A DNA stretch of 55,347 nucleotides from assembly GCA_964643995.1 (NCBI GenBank), contig CAZXUJ010000005.1, positions 1 to 55,347 on the forward strand, given 5' to 3'. This stretch comes from an uncultured Candidatus Saccharibacteria bacterium (lineage in GTDB: Bacteria > Patescibacteriota > WWE3 > UBA101185 > UBA10185). The notes under the pieces are model-generated. The model searched no databases. It saw only the letters and a program-made list of their open reading frames with translations, and was not told where the DNA came from. The position numbers and the translations under genes are program-made. This document shows positions 29,305 to 36,911 of this stretch, piece by piece. Every line of letters begins with the position of its first letter. Positions within the stretch are counted from its first letter, which is position 1.

Positions 29305-29357
29305 GGTCCCTGACCGACATGCTCAGCCATATATCCTGGAGAAACCGCATACAGGAT
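29305..29357 (+). repeat. island repeat copy R2 (longest copy)
   Basis: GGTCCCTGACCGACATGCTCAGCCATATATCCTGGAGAAACCGCATACAGGAT. It contains the inverted repeat ATCCTG...CAGGAT. Confidence 0.85.
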
Positions 29358-29386
29358 CTCAAGGTATTCGTTATACTGATAACATA

Positions 29387-30127
29387 ATGTCTATACATCA
29401 ATCCAAATCAAAGTTGTTGGATAAGGTTAAAGCTTTACATAGTTTTTATCATGAAGGGAAGATCCCCACTTTATCTCAACATGAGGTAAATCCAAATTTA
29501 AATAAGGGAGATCGTTTGAACTATATATATTTCACGCTCCCAGTTTGTATAAACTTTCAACGAAGTTCTCCGGCAATGTGGCAATCAGCTTTAAAAACTT
29601 TTAATGATCCTGAAACTAACTATCTATTTTATCCAGAAAGAATAATTATTGAGCCTTTAGAAAAGATAAGAAGAGATCTGTGCAAACATAAATTAGGAAT
29701 TCAACCAAATAAACACACAGATATTTGGGTAAAGATAAGTACAACCTTGGCAAATTACTACGAAGCCGATCCAAGAAAAATCATGAAACAAGGTAACAAT
29801 GATGTAGTACTAATATTAGATATACTACAAAACTCTGAAAAAGATAGATTTCCTTATCTAAGAGGAAATAAACTGTCTAACTACTGGTTATACATTCTTT
29901 CGCATTATACCGACTTAAAACTACAGAATATGAATAGCATTTCAATAATTCCGGACACACACGTTATTAAAAGTACGCAAAAGTTAGGTTTAACTGAAAA
30001 AATAGAGACACCAGAAAATGTCATAAAGGTTTGGAAAAGTCTCCTGGAAGAATCGGATCTTTCACCTGTTGAAATGCACCCAGTATTATGGAATTGGAGT
30101 AGAAATAACTTTCTTCCAGAAGTTTAA
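29387..30127 (+). CDS. hypothetical protein, possibly an HhH-GPD/endonuclease III-like DNA glycosylase (island cargo)
   Basis: 246 aa. IIPDTHVIKSTQKLGL parallels the VDTHxxRVxxRLGL segment of Nth (compare VVDTHITRVSNLLGL in this window's nth), preceded by RGNKLSNYWLYIL. No Fe-S loop. The assignment is tentative. Confidence 0.4.
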   Translation: MSIHQSKSKLLDKVKALHSFYHEGKIPTLSQHEVNPNLNKGDRLNYIYFTLPVCINFQRSSPAMWQSALKTFNDPETNYLFYPERIIIEPLEKIRRDLCKHKLGIQPNKHTDIWVKISTTLANYYEADPRKIMKQGNNDVVLILDILQNSEKDRFPYLRGNKLSNYWLYILSHYTDLKLQNMNSISIIPDTHVIKSTQKLGLTEKIETPENVIKVWKSLLEESDLSPVEMHPVLWNWSRNNFLPEV

Positions 30128-30128
30128 A

Positions 30129-30157
30129 GGTTCCTGACCTACATGCTCAGCCAGATA
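30129..30157 (+). repeat. island repeat copy R3 (truncated)
   Basis: GGTTCCTGACCTACATGCTCAGCCAGATA starts right after the stop of 29387..30127 and overlaps the last codons of the recombinase remnant on the other strand. Confidence 0.7.
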
Positions 30158-31258
30158 GAATGAGTAGACTCAAAAACACCCGTATTAGCTTTTACACCAA
30201 TGAAATTAGCCTGTTCTAAAATCTTTTTCTTAAATTCCTCATTTCCAGACACTTTAGAACTATTTGTATTTTTAATTGCTTCAGCAAGCTTTGAAAATAT
30301 ATCTGTATATTCGTAAGTAAATTTACCATTATTAAGTTTCAAATTAGTAAATACAAGCCTGATTAATTTTCTTCTCTTTTCTGGTAACAGTTTCAGATAA
30401 GTATCTTCTGACTTTTGAGCAATATCATATAAAGCAGCAGTCTTATCATAAAAGGTTTTATCTCGTGTATTAACAGATTTTCGATGCTTTTCTACTGTCT
30501 CTCTTTCCACCATATATTCTGAGTACATCGTATTATAAAAAGACTCTGTAATCTTTCCATCTAATTTATCAGTATAAAGGGCTACAAGCCTTTTCTTGAT
30601 AGTTTCTTCACGTTTGCTAAGTTCATACGTGGCAGTTAAATAAGAACCTGTCTCAACCTCGTGTGTTTCCTTAAGTGCCTTACTTATCCAATTAAGTAAA
30701 TCTGGATCAGTAACTTTAAGTGCTTTAAAAGCTGGGAGTAACTCTTGTTCAAGTAAGTGATCTTTAATAGTACCTTTTTGAGTTCTTAGTTTTACATCAT
30801 CATCTAACCAAACCTTTATATTTCTTCCGCTGTAGCCTTTGTTTGCTACTAAAATGAACATTTCTTTTATTATTTGTGCGGTTGCTTGATCAAGCATTAC
30901 CTTTTTAACGCCTGCATGTGAATAGTTCAGGTAACCAATAGGTGCAGGAGCAGGTCGCCAACCCATCTCGCATTTAGCTCTGATACCACTTTTTACATTT
31001 ACTCCTCTATTGTCGTTTTCCAGTTTTGCTTGGGAACATAAAATCATTAAAAGAAACTTTTCTGCTGGGTTATCTGAAAATGTCTGGCTGTTAGTCTTAT
31101 ACGTAAAAGCTTTTTTCTGTCCATCAAATCTACTAATGAACCAAGGTCACCTGCATTTCTTTGATCTGTGAATCGATTGACATGGCTTGCCTCTCGTCCG
31201 ATTCGGAGCTTTTTCTTGCATACAGGCAATATTTTGGGGTGATTGCACTTTGTATCAT
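30139..31258 (-). pseudogene. large serine recombinase, decayed (internal deletion plus frameshift; zinc-ribbon region missing)
   Basis: The frame from the ATG at 31258 gives MIQSAITPKYCLYARKSSESDERQAMSIDSQIKEMQ (catalytic YxRxSS...SIxxQ), then a stop after 41 codons. A second frame resumes with ...TFSDNPAEKFLLMILCSQAKLENDNRGVNVKSGIRAK (E-helix) and continues as ORF 30139..31047. The central part of the catalytic domain (very roughly 60 aa, judged by eye) and the Cys-rich zinc ribbon are absent. Confidence 0.75.
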
Positions 31259-31301
31259 CTAACACATTGATGACGCTAATGCTTAGCTCAGTCAAGTTAT
31301 T

Positions 31302-31526
31302 CTAAGAGTTAAGTGTTTCCTGAATAGCTAGTATTATTTGGTCTACCTTACTAGCCCAATCATCGATATCGTGCATCTTAAACTGTTTTCCAGTTAGGTT
31401 ATCTACAAGATCTGTGTGTTGCTTTAGTTTAGAGAGAAATACTTCTTGGTATTTCTTAGCAGTATCACTTTCATTTAGCCAACCATAGTTAAACACCAGT
31501 TTTCTATCAGTTAACAAACTATACAT
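31302..31526 (-). CDS. hypothetical small protein (island)
   Basis: 74-aa ORF upstream of the recombinase remnant. No motif. Confidence 0.4.
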   Translation of the reverse strand: MYSLLTDRKLVFNYGWLNESDTAKKYQEVFLSKLKQHTDLVDNLTGKQFKMHDIDDWASKVDQIILAIQETLNS

Positions 31527-31553
31527 AGAAAATTTCGTATAGAGTCAATAAAG

Positions 31554-31796
31554 ATGGATCTGTTTAGGGTTGTAACGGCAACGGGAGATGTATCAAAAGC
31601 ACCAGCAGTAGAATCTGCAAAAGAATTTCTAATACACTCAATTATTGATTTTGATAAATTTCCTAACAGCAAACATGACCTTACCATAAAACAAGAGCTG
31701 GAAAAGTCCCTAGCTGAATTGGAAAAACTTCAATACCCCGGACACAGGCCAAGATGGGCTGAAAAAATCTTAACTGCAAGATGTAGATTAATCTAA
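31554..31796 (+). CDS. hypothetical small protein (island)
   Basis: 80-aa ORF divergent from 31302..31526. No motif. Confidence 0.4.
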   Translation: MDLFRVVTATGDVSKAPAVESAKEFLIHSIIDFDKFPNSKHDLTIKQELEKSLAELEKLQYPGHRPRWAEKILTARCRLI

Positions 31797-31845
31797 ACTG
31801 GAACAATACTGGAAGAACTAAAGAAAAGAAAACTTGTTTAGCATA

Positions 31846-31867
31846 ACCGATATGCTCAGACAAATAA
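31846..31867 (+). repeat. island repeat copy R4 (degenerate)
   Basis: AACCGATATGCTCAGACAAATA, compared with ACCGACATGCTCAGCCATATA in R2. Confidence 0.5.
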
Positions 31868-31889
31868 TTTCATAACGTATAATTATTCA

Positions 31890-32396
31890 ATGCAAGTTCC
31901 TTACAAACAACGGTGTTCCTGGGTGCCACTTAATGACGATTTATATATAAAATACCATGATGAAGAGTGGGGGAAGGCAGTATACGAAGACAAAAAGATC
32001 TTCGAACATTTAACACTAGAAACATTTCAAGCAGGGCTGTCCTGGAAAACCGTTTTATACAAAAGAGAAAACTTTAGGAAAGCTTTTGACAATTTTGATC
32101 CCAAAAAAATCTCAACATATGACGAAAGGAAAATAATAAGTCTTATTAATAACCCAGGGATAATCCGCAACAAGTTGAAAATTTTGGCAACAGTCAATAA
32201 TGCAAAAGCGTTCCTTAAGGTACAGAAAGAGTTTGGAACATTTTCTAAATATATGTGGATGTGGAAAAACAATGTTGCGTGGGCAAAAGATCTGAAAAAA
32301 AGAAATTTCAAGTTTTTAGGACCAACAGTTTTGTATGCTCATATGCAGGCTACGGGTATGGTGAATGACCACTCTCCAGATTGCTTTTGTAGGTAG
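31890..32396 (+). CDS. tag: DNA-3-methyladenine glycosylase I
   Basis: CSWV...YHDEEWG...FEHLTLETFQAGLSW...GIIRNKLKI...FLGPTVLYAHMQATGMVNDHSPDC matches the Tag family along its whole length. It is somewhat shorter than my recollection of E. coli Tag. Confidence 0.85.
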   Translation: MQVPYKQRCSWVPLNDDLYIKYHDEEWGKAVYEDKKIFEHLTLETFQAGLSWKTVLYKRENFRKAFDNFDPKKISTYDERKIISLINNPGIIRNKLKILATVNNAKAFLKVQKEFGTFSKYMWMWKNNVAWAKDLKKRNFKFLGPTVLYAHMQATGMVNDHSPDCFCR

Positions 32397-32458
32397 ATTT
32401 AGATAGATAATGACTTTTCTAAGGAAACTATATTTTTTTCTATTTCGTCTAAAAGTGG

Positions 32459-32524
32459 AGTGCTAGGATGACAACGCTTGAACTATTCAAGACGGCGGAG
32501 TTCTGTTGCGATCCTAGTTTTAAC
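32459..32524 (+). terminator. structured hairpin plus T-run downstream of tag
   Basis: CTAGGAT ... ATCCTAG outer stem with an inner CTTGAA/TTCAAG hairpin, followed by TTTT. Confidence 0.5.
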
Positions 32525-32597
32525 CCCTGCCTTAAAACTCTCAAAAAAACTTACACCGTGCTCTTTTACTTTTTGAATTGATTATGCTCTTCAAAAG

Positions 32598-32623
32598 AAA
32601 AGACTTCCTTTCGGAAGTCTTTT
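32598..32623. terminator. bidirectional-type terminator hairpin (A-tract, stem, T-tract)
   Basis: AAAAGACTTCC-TTTC-GGAAGTCTTTT. Confidence 0.5.
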
Positions 32624-32780
32624 CAGGTACCCCTATCACTTGATGTTGAGACCGAAGTCTTAACAGTGATAGAAGTATGGATACAATACATAGTGAAATT
32701 AATTTTGTCAACACTTCATTTTCAACTATAATGGTTGACTGAAAAGATACATTGCGCTAGCTTTTCTGATTGGCACTACG

Positions 32781-33882
32781 GTGTTTTTATATTACAACAA
32801 AATTTGGGCACCCGAGAATACCTCACCAACATTACCAATATTGAAACGAGAGAAAATTTCAGTTTTTGAGGAATTAATAAAATCGAAGGAGACTAAGAAA
32901 ACAACAGAGGAAATAAAACCTCAAGTAATATTGGAGACCCCACCAACGCAAAAAAACCTTTCTAAAAATTATCATGTTTTTCAAACGTTTAACAATTGCG
33001 GCCCTGCCGCTATGTTAATGGCACTATCGTACTATGGTATAAATAAGACCCAATACGAATTAGGGCAATTGTTAAGACCATATCAAAATCCACAAGGTAA
33101 CAACGACGATAAATCGGTTACTTTGGAGGAAATTGCAGAACTATCTAAAGATTACGATTTGATACCATTTAGAAGACCAAACGGTAATATTGAGACCATA
33201 AGGCTGTTCATAACCTATGAGATTCCAGTGATAACTAGAACTTGGTTGGGAGTAAAAGAGGATATAGGCCATTACCGTGTGATAAAAGGTTGACGACATA
33301 AACAAACAAATTATTCAAGACGACTCTCTGCAGGGGCAAAATATAAAATATTCATACGCCGAGTTTATGGAACTTTGTGGTCACTTCGGCTATGAGTACC
33401 TAGTTCTAGTACCAAAGGATAAGGAGGAGATTGCGATCCAAATTCTGGGCGAAGATTACGACGAAACATTAGCGTGGGACAAAACAGCAGAAAATTTTCA
33501 ATCAAAATTGCAAAAAAGCCCGGATGATATATATGCAAGATTTAACTTAGCAGTAGCGCTGTATAATTCGGGGAATTATGCGCAATCTGTGGCTGAGTTT
33601 AAAAAGGTGGAGGATCAGCTACCTTTCCGTACCCTTTGGTATCAAATAGAACCAAGCGAGGCTTACTACGAACTGGGTGATTATGCAAGAGTTTTTGAGA
33701 TCATCGATAGAATCCTTGGCTATCATAATAGGGTGTTTTCGGAACTTTACTTGATAAGGGGGCAAATCTACCTGAAGCAGGGTAACAATAACCTAGCAAG
33801 ACAGGAGTTTGAAAAAGCTGTCTTTTATAACACGTCTATGCAATCTGCGACTAAGGCTCTCAATTCTGTAAATATTCCTTAA
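32781..33882 (+). pseudogene. C39-like cysteine peptidase fused to TPR repeats, interrupted by a frameshift
   Basis: ORF 32781..33293 has the catalytic context NCGPAAMLMA and GHYRVIKG, then TGA. The +1 frame continues without stops from 33292 (DDINKQIIQDDSLQGQ...EFMELCGHFGYEYLVLVP) into ORF 33367..33882, which is TPR-like. The N-terminal signal-anchor codons (KRYIALAFLIGTT) lie upstream of the first canonical start codon. Confidence 0.6.
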
Positions 33883-34984
33883 AAAAATTTACCGTACGCT
33901 GCATGGCGAGTTCGAAATAGGGGGAATTTATGTTGTGTCCACCACCCTCATATTCGTACAATTCAGCGCGTTTATTAGCATCATCTAGAACTTTTTTCAG
34001 ATCTCTAGAATATCCAACATCTACTACATCATCATTTACAGCATGATGAAGCTGTATTGGCCTAGTAAGGTATTGTATATTTTTTGTTAACGAAACTGCA
34101 GACCAAAAGGTGTCATTAAAGTCTATTTTTTCCGGTTCCGACCTTAGCAACTGAACCTGATCTGAACGCTCGCGCACTCTATCAGCATCTTGTTCTTCCG
34201 CATCTTCATTGCGAGGACGTGGCACATAGCTGTTATCGCTTATGCGATATTTGGCAAAATCCTCATAGCTATAAACAGCACCACCCCAAATTACTCCAGC
34301 CTTTACATCATCTGATACCAACATAGCACGTAAAACTAGATTACCGCTCATACTATGCCCCCACATACCAATTTTTTCTGGATTTACTGTTGCTAACCTT
34401 TGTAGGCTTTTTAAGGCATTGATAGCATCCACAGTATATGCATTGGAAAAATAGGACCCCGAAGGAACACCTTCGGAATTACCGTGTCCACGAAAATCGA
34501 TTTTAAAAACAACAAAACCTTTACGTGCAAGGCTATCTACATAGGCCTCATACTTTTCGGTGGTAACATATGCATCTGGGGAGATATAGCCATGATTGAA
34601 AACTATGGCGCTAAAACCTCCCTCGGGAGGCTCTTCGTCAGGAATAGTTAACAAGCCGTAAACTTTATTGGAGTCACTTATATAGCTGGCAATATATTTT
34701 TTGTAATTTGCGCCTTTTTGGAGCTCTTCCTCAAGGGTGATATCACTTGCCTCAAAATCCAGCGAGCGCAGGTAGTCTATGGAGATTGGGGAAATAAATG
34801 CGTCTTTGGGGTTGAGATAACCAATTTTGGGCAATTCATAAAATGATAGGGAAACATATTCATTGTTGAGTTGAGCCTCATAAGCTTTGTAAACAAATAA
34901 AATTAGAAATGCTAAGGATACTGCTAAAATTACTGTTTTTTTCATACTAACTAGTATAGTTGACAATCCAGAATTTTTGTTCAA
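33860..34984 (-). CDS. secreted alpha/beta hydrolase (S9 / dienelactone hydrolase-like)
   Basis: Signal-anchor, nucleophile elbow GHSMSG, and a downstream D...H context (HHAVNDDVV, GGGHNI). Confidence 0.75.
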   Translation of the reverse strand: MNKNSGLSTILVSMKKTVILAVSLAFLILFVYKAYEAQLNNEYVSLSFYELPKIGYLNPKDAFISPISIDYLRSLDFEASDITLEEELQKGANYKKYIASYISDSNKVYGLLTIPDEEPPEGGFSAIVFNHGYISPDAYVTTEKYEAYVDSLARKGFVVFKIDFRGHGNSEGVPSGSYFSNAYTVDAINALKSLQRLATVNPEKIGMWGHSMSGNLVLRAMLVSDDVKAGVIWGGAVYSYEDFAKYRISDNSYVPRPRNEDAEEQDADRVRERSDQVQLLRSEPEKIDFNDTFWSAVSLTKNIQYLTRPIQLHHAVNDDVVDVGYSRDLKKVLDDANKRAELYEYEGGGHNINSPYFELAMQRTVNFFKEYLQN

Positions 34985-35029
34985 ACTATAAATAAATTTA
35001 GAATCATTTTTCGAAAGGGGGTGCCTAGA

Positions 35030-35251
35030 ATGTTAACAAAAGATCAAATAAGAGAAAAATTACTTGAGAACCCAACATGGGAGCCTGCTGAGGAAGCACC
35101 TCAAAAAGAGTGGGAAGCTTATGATGAAGTGTATGAAGAAATGGTAGCCAGCGGTGAAATTTCACCTGACGAGGACGGCGACGAACAGGGAGGATTAGGC
35201 GGAGATGATGATTGGGAAGATGACGACGACACTTGGGATGATGAAGAGTAA
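35030..35251 (+). CDS. small, extremely acidic protein
   Basis: The ATG at 35030 is preceded by AAAGGGGG. The tail is PDEDGDEQGGLGGDDDWEDDDDTWDDEE. The antisense ORFs 35025..35261 and 35119..35304 are shadows. Confidence 0.5.
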   Translation: MLTKDQIREKLLENPTWEPAEEAPQKEWEAYDEVYEEMVASGEISPDEDGDEQGGLGGDDDWEDDDDTWDDEE

Positions 35252-35326
35252 TACCTAACAAACTTTTGAACTACAAGGAAGGGTGCCTTTGCGCGCCCTT
35301 CCATTCAAAATCACCTATAAGATGTA

Positions 35327-35968
35327 TTAGCAACCTAACGTCTGTAGGCACTGATCACGAGAAGTACCAACAGGGACCATGTCACAGGCGGCACAAGGAT
35401 CATCAGCATAAGTGTTAGTAGAAGCCTCCATGAACTCTATATCTTCTGGAACCTCAAACATTGAACTGTCTACTCTCCAAGAATCACAATCGAAATCCAT
35501 ATCTAGATCGGCGTCAAAACCGGAGGTTTGCATGGAATCATCGGCTGTCTCGCCAAAGAAAGAAGTATCCTCTTCTGTAATAGCGTACTTGAACCCTTGA
35601 GGTAATGCCGCTGTCCACATATAGTTGTAGTCGCCGATCCTCAAGATACTGGTGGTAATTGCCGTTCCGTCAGCTTGGGTCATTTCAAACTCACCACGCA
35701 GTTTATCACCAGATTCTGACACGTATACCTTACCATTTGTTGTATTTCCTTGGTCATCTTCATAATCAAATTCACAAGAATAATTTTTACCAAGTTTCAA
35801 CAATTCCATGAAATTACCTGTAACGGATGTTTTTCCAGAAGCCTCCATTTCACTAGCAGTACTGTCATTCTCTGAGGTACGGCTTGTAGGTTTTAAAAAG
35901 AAGAAAGCACCACCAGCTAAAAGTAAAACAAATAAGATCAATACCAAAAAAGCAGAAGATTTATTCAT
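35327..35968 (-). CDS. secreted hypothetical protein
   Basis: 213 aa with signal-anchor AFLVLILFVLLLAGGAFFF and a Cys-rich C-terminus. Confidence 0.55.
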   Translation of the reverse strand: MNKSSAFLVLILFVLLLAGGAFFFLKPTSRTSENDSTASEMEASGKTSVTGNFMELLKLGKNYSCEFDYEDDQGNTTNGKVYVSESGDKLRGEFEMTQADGTAITTSILRIGDYNYMWTAALPQGFKYAITEEDTSFFGETADDSMQTSGFDADLDMDFDCDSWRVDSSMFEVPEDIEFMEASTNTYADDPCAACDMVPVGTSRDQCLQTLGC

Positions 35969-36010
35969 ACATAAAATAATATTACTCTTTTATAGGTTAG
36001 GCAAGAATTT

Positions 36011-36523
36011 TTATTTAAGGGAATCCGCAATAGTCGCACTAAAAGATGCAGGAAACGCAATTATTATGGTTCTTTTTATAGCTACAATAAGGTCGCCCGA
36101 CCATGGGGCACGGTTAATCAAAGTAAGCAGAAAAGCTACCATTAATAAACTCATTACATATGTAATTGTGACTCGTTTAAAAAAACTGACGAGGTGACTA
36201 CCTTCTTTGCCACTGTAAAATATCGAATATACAAAAAGGGAAATACATGTGAGAGACATTAGTACAAAGATGATAGTGTTCAATGTGGATATCTCCTCTG
36301 ATATTATCCACATCTCTTCTGAAACACTGAGAGGAAAAGCCAACAGAACAGCACCAACCAAGACTTGAAACAAATCTCTGATATGAAACTCAACCATTAG
36401 GGGAGAAACCATCTTACTAAGAATATTCCCCGCCGCATCGCTTACAGTGACAATCTCTTTAAGCTTGCCGTTTATTCGTACAATACTACTTTTTGATAGT
36501 AATTCAGGAAAAATGTCCTTCAT
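36011..36523 (-). CDS. integral membrane protein, hypothetical
   Basis: 170-aa ORF with four hydrophobic helices. The stop-start arrangement suggests coupling with 36525..36884. Confidence 0.5.
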   Translation of the reverse strand: MKDIFPELLSKSSIVRINGKLKEIVTVSDAAGNILSKMVSPLMVEFHIRDLFQVLVGAVLLAFPLSVSEEMWIISEEISTLNTIIFVLMSLTCISLFVYSIFYSGKEGSHLVSFFKRVTITYVMSLLMVAFLLTLINRAPWSGDLIVAIKRTIIIAFPASFSATIADSLK

Positions 36524-36524
36524 G

Positions 36525-36884
36525 CTAATTCAAAATCTCCAAAACTACAGGAACACGATTAGACCCGGCATACCACGTATTGAAATGCTCATCGCCAAGT
36601 TTGTTCCTAAAGGCGGAGCTTATCATATCCTCTAAAGCATCGTCCTCTATCAAAGAAACTGCCCGACAACGATACTTCTGATCAAGCACTTGCAAAGTAC
36701 ACTTTTGATTTCGCTTAAGATTTCGATGCCAATCAGTTGTCCGCTTATCATCATGTCTGTGACCCAAAAGATAAACTTTCCCATCCTTCTCATAAAAGCA
36801 CAACTCTACACGATGAGGTTGGTTGGTATTCCGACCTATTGTGGTCAAATACGCATATTTCTCTGAAGAATGCTTTTCGTCCAT
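36525..36884 (-). CDS. split-barrel (PNPOx / deazaflavin-dependent nitroreductase-like) protein
   Basis: 119 aa. YLTTIGRNTNQPHRVELCFYEKDGKVYLLG...DWHRNLKRNQKCTLQV resembles the DUF385/nitroreductase-family pattern (TxGRxSGxxR...Wy.Nl..np). Confidence 0.45.
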   Translation of the reverse strand: MDEKHSSEKYAYLTTIGRNTNQPHRVELCFYEKDGKVYLLGHRHDDKRTTDWHRNLKRNQKCTLQVLDQKYRCRAVSLIEDDALEDMISSAFRNKLGDEHFNTWYAGSNRVPVVLEILN

Positions 36885-36911
36885 TTATACAAATAATACT
36901 ATAATGTAAAG

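Noticed and set aside
31047-31295. 82-aa - strand ORF upstream of the recombinase ORF
   Set aside because: It is an out-of-frame read-through of the decayed serine recombinase. The genuine catalytic motif YARKSSESDERQ lies in another frame of the same DNA.
27889-31867. Could the five direct repeats be a CRISPR array?
   Set aside because: The repeat spacing ranges from roughly 600 to 1700 bp and each interval contains whole genes. The copies are imperfect and of different lengths, and no cas genes are present. The spacing and content are incompatible with CRISPR.
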